Assembly: GCA_950097015.1 (NCBI GenBank)
Contig: CATNEN010000011.1
Location: 2,542,001 to 2,606,000 of the forward strand
Reading direction: 5' to 3'
Origin: Macrostomum hystrix
Taxonomy: Eukaryota; Animalia; Platyhelminthes
DNA: 64,000 nt
A program made the translations under genes and the position numbers. Under the pieces are notes generated by a model. It saw only the letters and a list, made by a program, of their open reading frames with translations. It did no database searches and was not told the DNA's origin. Below, piece by piece: positions 25,921 to 38,329 of this stretch (position 1 is its first letter; each line of letters starts with the position of its first letter).

Positions 25921-26210
25921 ATTGATTACACCTGCCCCAATTGGGTCAGATGTGCAGCCGACAGCACAGCCGCAGCTAATGCGCGGCGCATCTGAAGGCT
26001 GCGTACAGCTGTTCAGTCCACGGACTGGGGGGACGCCACACCCACCTTCAATTATCCCAGCTGATGCTGGTACCCATTTAACAGCTGGGTGAACTGAAGC
26101 AATGCAGAGTTAAGTGTCTTGCTAAAGGACGCAAATTGTTCCAGTGGAGTCGGGAATCGAACCCCCGACCTTCAAGTCGTGGGTCCGACGCCCTAACCAC
26201 TAGGCTACAA
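25921..26210 (-). mobile_element. Full-length SINE family 1 (tRNA head + CORE-like domain) with 12-bp target-site duplication
   Basis: A-box tagcctagtgg and B-box ggttcgattcc. It is flanked by cctctctacata at 25909-25920 and 26211-26222 and is near-identical to the copy at 44345. Confidence 0.9.
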
Positions 26211-26229
26211 CCTCTCTACATATAATTCA

Positions 26230-26440
26230 AAAAGAGCCAAGAGGGGTTCATGACCTCCCTAATAGCACCCTATATATAGAATTATAAGTGGGGGTCATGA
26301 CCTCCCTACATAGAATTCAGATTGAGCCAAGAGGGGGTCATGACCTCCCTACATAGAATTCAGATTGAGCCAAGAGGGGTTCATGACCTCCCTACATAGA
26401 ATTCAGATTGAGCCAAGAGGGGGTCATGACCTCCCTAATA
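26230..26440. repeat. About 42-bp tandem repeat (ggggtcatgacctccctacatagaattcagattgagccaaga), interrupted by the SINE
   Basis: Related units also occur at about 25850-25920 on the other side of the SINE. Confidence 0.8.
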
Positions 26441-27544
26441 TCTCTGCATGCAGCAGAACGCAGGTGTCAATATGCGGTCAGTGCTAGTATATAGCTAGGT
26501 GGACAATGCGAGTTACAAAAGCAATAATTACTTTAGTTTAACAATATAGATTGAATGTCCAATTATAGACAATGGCATAGCCGCCTTTTGGCTGCATACA
26601 TGGCTGATCGTCATGACTAAGACTATATATATAGGTAACTTTTTGGGGAGAATATATAATTTGTGAAACATGGCACACCGGCGGGATAATTAATGGCTTG
26701 AGCACTGCTCATACAATGCTCAATATGTTAACGAACTAATGCGTATAATTAATCCAGGGTTTAGTGCGTGAATGACAATATACACTTTGTTGTAAATTAG
26801 TTCTAATTATATACTTGTGTGGAATGAAGATGTGTAAAAAAGTTTTTTCCGACGCCGCGAATCTATTATTCCTAAATTTCAGGTAGTTGTTATGTTAGAG
26901 AGACCAGTTTTATTGTCGATTCAGGCTATTATCGAAAAATGGATAATTAGGTGATCATGCACCCGTGTATTGTGCTAATGTAAAGTTTCAGGACGCATCG
27001 CTAGCATTATATGAGCAGGGACATCGTTAGTACTATGACTCATAATCACTAATCACACATGTAAATTTTCTGCCCCTCTGAACTCTTTTTAGACTTACGG
27101 AGGTCTTTGTACCCTATGAGATCTTTCTAGATTTTTAAGGGGAGGCCATTGCTCCCTCTGAACTATTTCAGATTTAAATGGGAAGGTCATTTGCCCCTTT
27201 GAAGTCTTTCTGCATTTTAATTATGGAGGATCTTCGCTATTGTAACATTTACGAATAACATTAACATAATGTCAACAAAATATAAAAAATAACATTAACG
27301 TACATTTTTACGAACTGCCTTATAGTGATGTGAGCCTAACTGGTGTGAGTTTTCACAAGGCCAGTTAAAAGTACATCGATCTTTAAACATATGTCTAAGG
27401 CTGATGCGGAACTAGCAATACCTTGTTAGATTATCATTTCCAATTGGCTACTTATTTATTTGCTTTTCTACGTTTCTCAGCCTGAAGTGGGCACTGCAGA
27501 GAGATTTGCAGTTAATTTGAACAAAATGCAGCGGCCGCGGTTTA

Positions 27545-27835
27545 CAGGTGTCGGACTCATATCTTATATTGGAGGTTCGATTCCCCACTCCACTGAAACA
27601 CTTTGCGTCCTTTAGCAAGACACTAAACTCTGCATTGCTTCAGTTCACCCAGCTGTTGAATGGTTACCAGCACCAGCGGGGATAATTGAAGGTGGGTGTG
27701 GCGTCCCCCGAGTCCGTGGACTGAACAGCTGTACGCCGCCTTCAGATGCGCCGCGCAATAGCTGCAGCTGTGTTATGGGCTGCACATCTGGCCCAATTGG
27801 GGCAGGTGTAATCAGTAGTTTTATTTATTATCATC
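27545..27835 (+). mobile_element. SINE family 1 copy with a diverged 5' end
   Basis: ggttcgattcccc, tcctttagcaagacactaaactctgcattgcttcagttcacccagctg and the family 3' end cccaattggggcaggtgtaatc. Confidence 0.85.
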
Positions 27836-28809
27836 ATGCAATGATAGATGCAATCTATAAATGTAATGTTTAGTTTTTTACAGCCGGTTTTTACTTTTTA
27901 TTATAGTCAAACAAATTTTGTTAGGATTTTTTCTTTTTAATATAGGAATAGCTTTAAATAAAAATGTATGAGAATTTAAGTTACTTTTATTGTAAAGCTT
28001 TTTAGAGATCAGCATTATGGGTTTAGATATCTTCAGGGCGGTCTTTAAAGCTTCCCTATGACTAATAGCTATTTATATATATTAATACAATTGACGTTCA
28101 CATTAATAATTCTGCTTATTTATCACTGACTGAGATCTTGAACTAATCCGTCCAGTAGAAGCCTGGATGTAAATAATCAGTGCATTTGCCATTGGATTTT
28201 ATAAATAATCAGTATAAAAACATTCAGTTAAAGAACAGTTATTATTACGTTTTTAATTAGTCCTAGTAAAATTTAGTTTTGAAAAAGACAATATTCTTAT
28301 TAATTTTATACAATTAGGCCCCTAGCCCACTACTTCTTCAGAATTAGGACTTTGCTAGAGTAAAAATAGTCAATACCAAGATTTTTAGTCTAGCCTAGTC
28401 TTGGCCTAGGTGCTTATATTTCCCTTTAAATTTACACTTATATGTAAATAGCTTAGTCTAGGCCTATCCCTATATTTACCATATGATTATGTTGGTTCAT
28501 TATTCATGAGTAGTTTCTAGCTAGGTTTGAAGTTTGAAGTTTTAGTTTTAAGGAAACCAGTTTTATTGTAATTATTGTTCTTGGAAACCTGTTATGCTAA
28601 TTGTAATAGGGTCCTTGTTGAATGAAAAGAACAAAAATTCAGCAAAATAATAGTAGGCCTACTATTGCTGCTGCCTGCTGGGGGGAAGAATTAGTTCTCT
28701 GCTGCTGGGGGGAAATTAGTTATTTGCTACTGAGGGGACATTAGTTCTCTGCTCCTTGGGGGACATTGGTTTTTTACTGCTGAGGGGATAGTATTCACAT
28801 GTACCTAAG

Positions 28810-29224
28810 GGTAGGCCTACCTGGACACTTCATCATCTTACAACTTCGTCATCCAGATGACAATCTGTCCAATATCTTAGAGGGTGGATGATGAAGAGAC
28901 TTAGACTTGTGGACACTTTGTCATCTATAAAACAAAAGTTTTCAAAGTTAGAACAGAAATGCCCCTCCTCACATGGTGTTGGCACCTATCTTTCAACTCT
29001 TATAATGGAATCAGTTTTGACACCTCTTTTTGACAATTTAGAGTGTGAACACACCTGTTTTAGTGTGTTCACACCTCTGCCCCACCACCCACCCTCACTT
29101 TATTGATGATGAACTTGATTGCTTGTTATTAGTAGATGACAAACTGACCAAAATTAAAAGCATGCCAATTGGCTGGATGACAAAGTGTCCTACCTTAAAA
29201 ATGGATGACGAAGTGTCTAGGATC
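28810..29224. mobile_element. Candidate MITE with sub-repeated inverted ends
   Basis: cctggacacttcatcatc is inverted to gatgacgaagtgtctagg, and ggacactttgtcatc to gatgacaaagtgtcc. It is flanked by the direct repeat tgtacctaag. Confidence 0.5.
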
Positions 29225-29633
29225 TGTACCTAAGTAGCATCAAGCTGAATTGTATCAAACGTAAGTTACTTATGTAATTTTGACCCAATGGGGCTCTTGG
29301 TGTACAGAGCGGATGTCTCAGAATGTATTCAAGCTCAGACTGACTATTTTTGTATTTAGTGAGAATTATAATTCTTGTTGAATCACAATCATGTATATTT
29401 GCAATCAGGGAAATTATTACTGATGAAATAAGTTTCGTTTTTGTTTGCTTTCAGGTGTGTTTTGTCCTTCTGCATTACACAATATTTTTTGTCTGACCAG
29501 TAGTGCTCTCTGATGAAGGGGGGCAAAACTTGCTAGTTACCCTACTATAAGTGTAAGACAATTATTGAAAAAGTACTTCCATTCATTTAGTAAAGCTACA
29601 TATAAAGTTAAAATTCTATTTTTTTCTAGCTAG

Positions 29634-32149
29634 ATGGCAGATAATAGTTCAGAAGTCAAGTCCCCAGCCACTAGCAACAATGATGCCACAGATGCTGGCA
29701 GCAGTGGCCTCTTCAAGCGATCTTCAGTTGCTGCAGTGCAGCCATATCCGCAGCCTCTGCCACCTAGTGCACTAGAGGACATTGATCTGGAATACCGCAT
29801 GGATTATCCAAATCGTGGATACTGCCTGATTTTCAATCATGTATGATGTCACATTTGATCTATATCTATTAAATTAAATAATATGTATTGATATTTATAT
29901 TATTTGCTTCGCTTAAAGCATTGCTACTTGTCTAATTGATACTTTTCATTCTTTTTCTAATCAACCTGACCTCCCATCACCTTCATCTATCAGGCTTGCC
30001 ACCATCCTTGTTGATTTTCTTGCTGTTTCATCTTGCCTAATCCCTCTCCCCAACTCGCCTTAATTATCTTGTATTCACCCATTCCCTCTTGCTTTCAGCC
30101 ATTCCCTCTTGCTTTCACCTATTCCTTCTTATCCTATCCCTCTCACCTTCACCCATTCCCTCTCAACTTCACCCATTTCCTCTCACCTTCACCCATTTCC
30201 TCTCACCTTCACCCTATCACTCTCACCTTCACCCATTCCCTCTCACCTTCACCCATTTCCTCTCACCTTCACCCATTTCCTCTCACCTTCACCCATTCCC
30301 TCTCGCCTTCACCCATTTCCTTTCACCTTCACCCATTTCCTCTCACCTTCACCCATTCCTTCTCACCTTGACCCATTCCCTCTCACCTTGACCCATTTCC
30401 TCTCACCTTCACCCATTTCCTCTCACCTTCACCCATTCCTTCTTGTCCTATCCCTCTTGCTTTCACCCTATCCCTCTCGCCTTCACCATATCCCTCTCGC
30501 CTTCACCAAATCCCTCTGGCCTTCACCCTATCCGTCCTTCCTTTTTCCAAATCCTTCTCGCCTTCACTATTTCAATGTGGCCCTCTCGCTGTGTCCTTAA
30601 ATATTCCTAATAAAATATCTAAATCTCAGCTGTACTGTTCGCCCTCAAGGTGAACTTCCGCAGCACGACTCGTCAGCCGGCTCGGGACGGCTCAGACATT
30701 GATGCCAGCGGTCTCGAAAAAACTTTTAAACGCCTCGGCTTCGACGTGCGCAACTTTCGCGACCTGTCCGCTAGCGATCTGGCCGACGTTCTTAGGGAGT
30801 ATCGGATTAAGAATCACTCGGACAATGACTGCCTTGTTGTTATTATCCTGTCACACGGCTACGAAGGACATTTCTACACCCATGACCGGGATCTGCCCAT
30901 AGACTATGTGGTGCAGCACTTCAAACCCGATGCTTGTCCGACACTGGCTGGCAAGCCTAAACTGTTCTTCATTCAGGTTTGACAATTCGGCTCTTAAGTA
31001 TTAAGAATCATAATTCATAATGCTTAATTTAATAGGCTTATTCACAATAGCAGTTGTTATAATCACTCAACAATAATCCGATAGTCCCAGACCGTTTAAT
31101 CCATGTTCCTAATTCTATAATCCTCATTTTCCAGCCATAGTAATCCATTCTCATAATTATTTAATCCTCATTTTCCAGCTATATTAATCCATTCTCATAA
31201 TTATTTAATCCTCATTTTCCAGCCATATTAATCCATTCTCATAATTCTTTAATCCTCATTTTCCAGCCATAGTAATCCATTCTCATAATTATTTAATCCT
31301 CATTTTCCAGCCATAGTAATCCATTCTCATAATTATTTAATCCTCATTTTCCAGCCATAGTAATCCATTCTCATAATTATTTAATCCTCATTCTCCAGCC
31401 ATAATAATCCACTTTCCTAATTCTATAATCGTCATTTTCCAGCCATATTAATCATTTTTCCTAATTCTATATTCCTCATTTTCCAGCCATATTAATCCAT
31501 TTTGTTAATTTTATTATCCTCAAATCAGTTATCCTAGTTCATGAATCCGATCAAGGCACTTCCCAGGCCATAAATTCTGAACATTTTAATCCTAATATCG
31601 TAATCTTTTCAACCTCGCTTGAAACTACGTTTCTAAGCCCTTAATTCTCAAATTGTAATCTCCCTAATCCTTTAATTTATCATTTCAATTTCATTCTTGG
31701 TTCTTAAACCAACGAAATTTCGCTATTTTTATGACTATTTAATACAGGCCTGCCGCGGTGACAATTTCGACCCCGGCTTTGAAGTTGCCGACAGTGGCGA
31801 CAGCGACGACTTGGACGCCCTGCCGCCGTCCGGTGGGGCCGCCTCCTCGGGTCGTCGCCTGCGCGTCCCGCTCGAGTCAGATTTCTTCTTCTTCTATTCA
31901 ACGCCGCCTGGATATTTCAGCTGGCGCAACAGTCAGCGCGGCAGCTGGTTCGCCCAGCAGCTGACGGCGCTGCTGGATAGACACGGTGACAAGCTGGAGT
32001 TGCAGCACCTGATGCTTATGGTTCAACGCCTGGTGGCTTCGGGCTACGCCAGCGACACTGGGGACTCCAGCAGTACAGGTATGAAACAGATGCCCGTGAC
32101 TGTGTGCCAACTGCGTAAGCTGCTCTACTTTCGACCTAAGAGTCGTTGA
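29634..32149 (+). CDS. Effector caspase (caspase-3/7-like). Exons 29634-29840, 30650-30976, 31748-32149
   Basis: Motifs YRMDYPNRGYCLIFN, R.GSDID, ILSHG (catalytic His), KPKLFFIQ|ACRG (QACRG split by an intron), SWRNSQRGSWF and KQMP..LRKLLYF. The prodomain is short, with DxxD sites DATD and DDLD. Confidence 0.92.
30120..30500. repeat. 20-bp pyrimidine-rich minisatellite (tctcaccttcacccatttcc), caspase intron 1
   Basis: Direct periodicity. Confidence 0.9.
31120..31510. repeat. 44-bp minisatellite, caspase intron 2
   Basis: cctcattttccagccatagtaatccattctcataattatttaat units. Confidence 0.9.
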
Positions 32150-32324
32150 AATTGGCTGAACTGAATCTGATTTACTGTCTCGTTTTGAACTCGTTTTTTA
32201 TGTTTCGCTTTGTTGCTTAAAAAGTGGTGCAGATTTTTCTTGAAGTTTGTTGTAATTAGCCCAAATTTTTAACCCATAGTTGGGTTCTGATTGGCTAAAT
32301 GCCTTAATACTCGATCGTTTTTGT

Positions 32325-32695
32325 GCCTTTTTTGATTGGCCTAAAGCTTTAATCCTCCGATCATTTTGATTGGCCCAAAGCTTTAATCCTCCAATCATTT
32401 TGATTGGCCCAAACCTTAAATCCTCCGATCATTTTGATTGGCACAAACTTTTAATCCTCCAATCATTTTGATTGGCCCAAAGCTTTAATCCTCCAATCAT
32501 TTTGATTGGCCTAAAGCTTTAATCCTCCAATCATTTTGATTGGCCCAAACCTTTAATCCTCCAATCATTTTGATTGGCCCAAAGCTTTAATCCTCCAATC
32601 ATTTTGATTGGCCCAAAGCTTTAATCCTACAATCATTTTGATTGGCCCAAAGCTTTAATCCGCCGATCATTTAGATTGGCCCAAAGCTTTGATTG
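32325..32695. repeat. 34-bp minisatellite (ttttgattggcccaaagctttaatcctccaatca) 3' of the caspase stop
   Basis: Direct periodicity. Confidence 0.92.
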
Positions 32696-33211
32696 GCAGA
32701 TCGATTTTTATTAGTTTAAAACTTTAATTATCTGATTGTATTCTTATCTGAATCTTGGATTTATTTCATTAAATTTAACCAAATTTCTGTCTGAGCATGT
32801 GTTGGTATTGTTACTGTATAACATTGGCATAAACAGCTTCTATTTATTTATCTATATTTTTTAAACTAATATAGTGTTTTTGCTGATATAAAACATCTGA
32901 TATTTTAATTTTAAATTGATTAACGTTCCATTTTTCTATATTTATATTTTTAAGCGCTTTGTTTTGTTTTAAATAGAATGCTTTGTTATCCCGAACAAAT
33001 TATAGTTTTTATTGCATAGGCACTGCTTGTTAGACAGCTTAAAATTACTGTCTATTTGGACCAAATGCTGTTTGTAACGAAAATAAATATATCCCATTTT
33101 TGCGTTGAATTTTTTCTGCACACAAATCTTAATAGCCTTATTATTTAATAAGAGTTCATTAACACTAGAAAGAATGCCACAGTTGGCTATTACATGGCTG
33201 TTCTAACAGTA

Positions 33212-33803
33212 GAACTACCAAGGGGGGGAATTCCTGACAATTTTTTTGCTGCACCCGAACGGAACAATGCAAGCACACGAAACTCAAGAACACGGGCCAA
33301 CTTTTTGTTGCGCATCTTCTGAAACAAGAAACAAGTCGCCAGCTCTTCAGACCGTCGAGATATTCAATGTTTCTGGCCGAAGGTCCGATTTTTCCCATAA
33401 GAGCTAGTGTATTTCATACACCCCTATACACGAATTTGCACTGCGCCTCAGTGCGGCCTTTCCAGACCTTCAAACTTTATCAGCATGTCACCCGAATGTG
33501 CCTGCATCATCTCCGACTTCGGCGGTCACCGACCTTTATCTAGATCTATCTCTCTTATCCATCTAGACCTTCAAGAGCTACAACAGGTGGAACTAAGCCA
33601 CTATGGACACCCTGACGCGAATTTCTCCAATTTCACTGTTCAAGCCTAACTATTAGGCGCAGCTCAACCACAGGACACCCTCGCCTAGTCTGTCAACCAA
33701 TCAGTCACCCCCAAAGCATTCAGGCGCTGGCAAAAACATTTTCAGGGGGGGAATTCCCCCCCCCCTTGGTATAAAAGCGGGCGGCAAAATGGCTTGGTAG
33801 TCC
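33212..33803. mobile_element. About 590-bp MITE-like element with short TIRs and TA flanks
   Basis: TA|gaactaccaag ... cttggtagtcc|TA, with subterminal gggggggaattcc. A second, inverted copy lies at 41452-41905. Confidence 0.7.
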
Positions 33804-34129
33804 TAATGTTAAGGCATAATTTCATCGTGTTGCTGATAGTTTTATTATTGAACCAATATGGATTCGCCATAATATAGAGAAATACAGAGAAATGTTAGTA
33901 GTTGACTTTATCACCAGGGTCTTCGACAAGAATCGCTGAATATATCGACGATGCTAACGTCGGGCGGCCTTGAAAGTTGGGTCATTGTTAAGGGCAGAAA
34001 ATTTCGATCCATATGGTGAAATTTCATGAAAATCGGTCATTCGGTTGGGAGCTATCGTGAATTTGGGAGTGGCAATTTGAAGTACTCCCACGGCATTGCT
34101 GCAATAAATAGATTTTAATTGTTTTGCCT

Positions 34130-36398
34130 ATGCGAGTTTGTTTCGCATTGCAGCCGGGCCATTGTTATCCAAAGCATCACGCCAAGCAGGGGCCGTGCTA
34201 TGATCGGCCGCCTTATAGAGATGGCCGACGGAAGACCGCTGTGAAGGTGAGGCAATGCTGAGTGACCAGTGATTTTCTGATTGGTCAGAAGAGTTAGACC
34301 AGCGACGCTCTGATTGGTTGAAAAGAAGAGAGCGCTCGGCGGCTTCGTAATTGGCTAGGGAAGAAATTGTAGCAAGTCTCTGATTGGTCAGGAAAGAATT
34401 AGCATATTAATTATAACAAATACAACTTTTCCTAAAAATTGTCAGGCCTACTGCATCTCAGACGAATCTAAGTATTTGCAAATCTACGGTGTTCCGGCTA
34501 TCGGCCTAACAGATCACCTGACTTCCACAGCCGGTCGCTACGGTCGTGTCGAATGGGTTAGTCGCCTTAATCCGAATCCATCAGCCACAGTTACAGCTGA
34601 AGCATTTACGGACACATTTGCTGTTAAATTTGCCAACATCAATTGTGCAAGGTTAGTCTAATGGTTTCTGTCACCTGTACTCTATTTAAAATGTAGATTT
34701 TGTAAAAATCAGGAAACACATTTCTAGCTCAAAGCTAAGCCAAACCCAAGGTTGTTTAATAGCATCTGGCGCCAACACTAACGGCAGTTAAAATGGTACC
34801 CTTTTTTTCAAAACAATTGAGACCTATTTTGCTAAGAAATCTCTTTTAGACAATAAATTACTACTTTGAATATATTACAAGTCTACTTCATGGAACTGAG
34901 GTAGTCTACTTCATGGAACTGAGGTAGTCTACTTCATGGAACTGAGGTAGTCTACTTCATGGAACTGAGGTAGTCTACTTCATGGAACTGAGGTAGTCTA
35001 CTTCATGGAACTGAGGTAGTCTACTTCATGGAACTGAGGTAGTCTACTCATGGAACTGAGGTAGTCTAATTCATGGAACTGAGGTAGTCTACTTCATGGA
35101 ACTGAGGTAGTCTACTCATGGAACTGAGGTAGTCTAATTCATGGAACTGAGGTAGTCTACTCATGGAACTGAGTTAGTCTACTCATGGAACTGAGGTAGT
35201 CTACTGCATGGAACTGAGGTAGTCTACTGCATGGAACTGAGGTAGTCTACTCATGGAACTGAGGTAGTCTAATTCATGGAACTGAGGTAGTCTACTCATG
35301 GAACTGAGTTAGTCTACTTCAAGTCAAATATAAAGACGGTGTCAAGTCATCTTTTAAAAAAGGCAATTTTTCCTGGTTAATATTGCCAGTGTGTTCTGTT
35401 GCTTCAAACAAAGAAGCTATTTTCCTTAACTCGAATCGATAACCAATCGAATTCGATGGTCTTTAACTGGCTACGTCAGACACGCCAAAAGGCGCATGGA
35501 CGATATGAACTTTTTCGGCGGCTCGCTACACGTTGTCTATGCTCCGGAGATGGAGTCCGTTGAAGAGTGCCGACTGAAATTAAAGCACCGTTGTCAACAG
35601 GTGACCTCGAGGCTGACAATCAGTAAGAATTTATTTTACCTAACATTATTTATAACCATATCATTATTTTACTATTGCGATTAACGAGTTTGTTGAATTC
35701 GTGAAGTTTTAGGAAGCTTGGTAGTATAGTAGTTAGAGCTGTTGATTTCTGACTAAGACGTCGGGAGTTCGAATCGTGGCTTATTGCTTCAGCTCACCCA
35801 GCTGTGAAATGAGTACCAGCTTTAGATAAGGTAGAAGAAGATGAGATAAGATATATAACATAACAGATTTAGAGATAATTTACTCTACTTTCTGCTGTAA
35901 GTAGGCTGATAATAAAATAACTTTTATTTATTTTCCGCAGAAGTGGCTCACATGGCCAGGGAGGATGGCAACAGCGCCAGATTAGTGCCGGATGCGCAAT
36001 GTCGTCAGGACTCGAATTATGAATCGGGATTTGAGCACAGCAGCCATCACAGCTCAGCAACCAATCCGAAACGGGTGGATTCAGCATCGACAGCTAAACA
36101 CGACAGTCCATCCAACGATCATCAGCATCCAGCAGTGCTGCAGGCTCGTCTAGCAATGTCTAGCCAACAATTTCCCACCGGCTCTACTGCCAGTAGCTTG
36201 AACGAGCATCGCCCAACCAGCTTGTCAACTGGCCACAGAGAACAGAAGAGAGCATTGAAACGAACTGCCGGAAATCCCAATGGCTCTGCGCAATTAATCG
36301 GTCCGTCTCGTCCGGCACCGACAAAATATTATCGAAGACAAGGACCTGCTCCAACTGCAATTCGCTCGCCTGCTTTAGCAACACCTGCAGTAGTGCCA

Positions 36399-36431
<33 letters not shown>

Positions 36432-36491
36432 AATCTAAAGACACTGCTAGCAATGCGTCCGCGACAGTTGGTACTGATAAAACGAAAATGA
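34130..36491 (+). CDS. RBM48: RNA-binding protein 48 (minor-spliceosome factor). Exons 34130-34246, 34446-34651, 35480-35622, 35941-36491; start codon uncertain
   Basis: Reconstructed sequence HH....C..RPPYRDGRRKTAVK|AYCISDESKYLQIYGVPAIG, then F.DTFAVKF....AR|HAKRRMD...FFGGSLHVVYAPEMESVEECR.KL, matches the RBM48 N-terminal block and atypical RRM. The C-terminus is low-complexity. Confidence 0.85.
34880..35320. repeat. 22/23-bp minisatellite (gtagtctacttcatggaactgag), RBM48 intron 2
   Basis: Direct periodicity. Confidence 0.95.
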
Positions 36492-36744
36492 ATAATAATT
36501 TTCGAAAACCAACATTTTTAAACAATAAATATTTTGTTATAATATACTTTCGACTATGTAAGTAGAAATACAAAAATGAAAAAAGTATGACAATAAACTT
36601 CAAGTTGCCATGCATAAATAATATATTTAAATTACAAAACAATTTATATCAACTTTTGTAGTCTAGCTAGTATTTCACAGCAGATTTTTGTACTTTTAAG
36701 TGGCTACCAAACACTTGACTGAACTGGTGTCTGCACAGTATTCC

Positions 36745-36960
36745 GTGGCACCCAACTTGCATCACCTGGCACTCCACTTGCATCACCTGGCACCCAACTT
36801 GCATCACCTGGCACTCCACTTGCATCACCTGGCACCCAACTTGCATCACCTGGCACTCCACTTGCATCACCTGGCACCCAACTTGCATCACCTGGCACCC
36901 AACTTGCATCACCTGGCACCCAACTTGCATCACCTGGCACCCAACTTGCATCACCTGGCA
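36745..36960. repeat. 21-bp minisatellite between the convergent RBM48 and RJL 3' ends
   Basis: ggcacccaacttgcatcacct repeated about 10 times. Confidence 0.93.
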
Positions 36961-37020
36961 TCGTGTGCCGAAAGTGGGTCCTAAGTCCCAGCTCAGTCAC
37001 AAAAGTCCCAGCTGCTGACT

Positions 37021-37988
37021 TTATTCCATCTTGACGCCTCTGGCCGCCCACGCCTGACGATTCTTCTGCACAATGCGCTCCAGTAGGTCGCGAAACGCCT
37101 TGTCCACACCTTCGCCAGTGGCCGCCGATGTCTCGTAGACTTTGAGCTTGTGCTTGGCTGCTGCTTTTGCCGCGTCGGCTGGTGTTACCTGGACAAAAGT
37201 TAGTTAGTAAATTACACGTAATAGTAATAAAAAATTACACCTGCCCAAATTGGGCCCGACATGTTGCGGGGCGCCTCTGAAAAAAGCGTACGAACAGTCG
37301 TTCAGTCCATGGACTGGTGGGATGCCACACCCAGCCTTAACTACCCCAGCTGATGTTGGTACTCATTTAACAGCTGGGTGAACTCAGAGTAAAGTGGCTT
37401 TCTAAAGGACACAAATTGTTCCAGTAGAATCAAGAATCGAACCCCCGACCTTCAAGTCGCTCTAACCACTAGGCTACAACTCCAAATCGAGTATTTACGC
37501 CTGCATCTATAACTGGTAACCTGTCTTTTCTCCTTGAGATCGGATTTGTTGGCTAACAGAATGATTTCCGGCATCGTAGATGGCTGCTGCTGCTGCTGCT
37601 GCTGCTGCTGCCCTGGCCCAGTGCAGTACTGGGCAATCTCTCGCATCCAAGCGTCTAGATTCGACACCGATTTTGAGTCGGTCAGATCCAGGGTGAGCAG
37701 GATTCCGTCGCTCCCAGCGTACAGTTCGTTGCGAACCTCCACATACTCAGGATAGCCGGACAGGTCCCACAGGTTGACGCGTAGGTCAACGCCGTCAACT
37801 CTGAACACCTTGAAGCCGTAGTCTGCGCCCACCGTTGGCTGGTAACCTGGCGAGAAGCGGCTGTCGCAGAAGTGTTTGATTAGGCACGTCTTGCCGGAGC
37901 CGGGGTAACCAGCTGACACCAGCTTGACCCAGGCTAAACAGCTGGTGAAGTCGGGCAAATCTTGCTGCGTCGACAAATCTCTGCTCAT
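37021..37988 (-). CDS. RJL-family small GTPase (DNAJC27/RBJ-like, no J domain). Exons 37988-37521, 37188-37021
   Basis: G1 GYPGSGKT, then CLIKHFC..RF, G2 PTVGADYG, G3 WDLSGY, EVRNELY (RJL-like), G4 NKSD and G5 ETSA. Exon 2 reads VTPADAAKAAAKHKLKVYETSAATGEGVDKAFRDLLERIVQKNRQAWAARGVKME*. Confidence 0.78.
37240..37480 (-). mobile_element. SINE family 1 copy in the RJL intron
   Basis: gaatcgaacccccgaccttcaagtcg, cagctgggtgaact and acacctgcccaaattggg match the family. Confidence 0.8.
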
Positions 37989-38329
37989 CTCTGCTCATTC
38001 GAGGTTTGTTGCTGCTAAGAAAGGCTTAACAACTGCATGGCTCACTTAGAGAAAGCGAGTTATTTAGAGAGAACAATGAGACTGTCTTGAGCTGCGTGCC
38101 TAAATAATCTTGAATTGAACGCTAGTGAGTGTACATCAGCTAGATTTCCTACAAATGTATAACAATCTGTGCACTGAAACTGTGCAAAGCTCGAAAGGTT
38201 TTTAGTCCGAGTATTTTGTGTCTCTAACTTATGAGTTGCTAAGTCTATAACTGTACACGTTGGTCTGAAGTATACGCAAAATTAGGAGTAGAATTTTACC
38301 TGAATTGTGTGTCAAGATGTGGTGAGTTT

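Noticed and set aside
34130-36491. U12-type (AT-AC or GTATCCT) introns near RBM48
   Set aside because: None of the reconstructed junctions in the window has a minor-intron donor.
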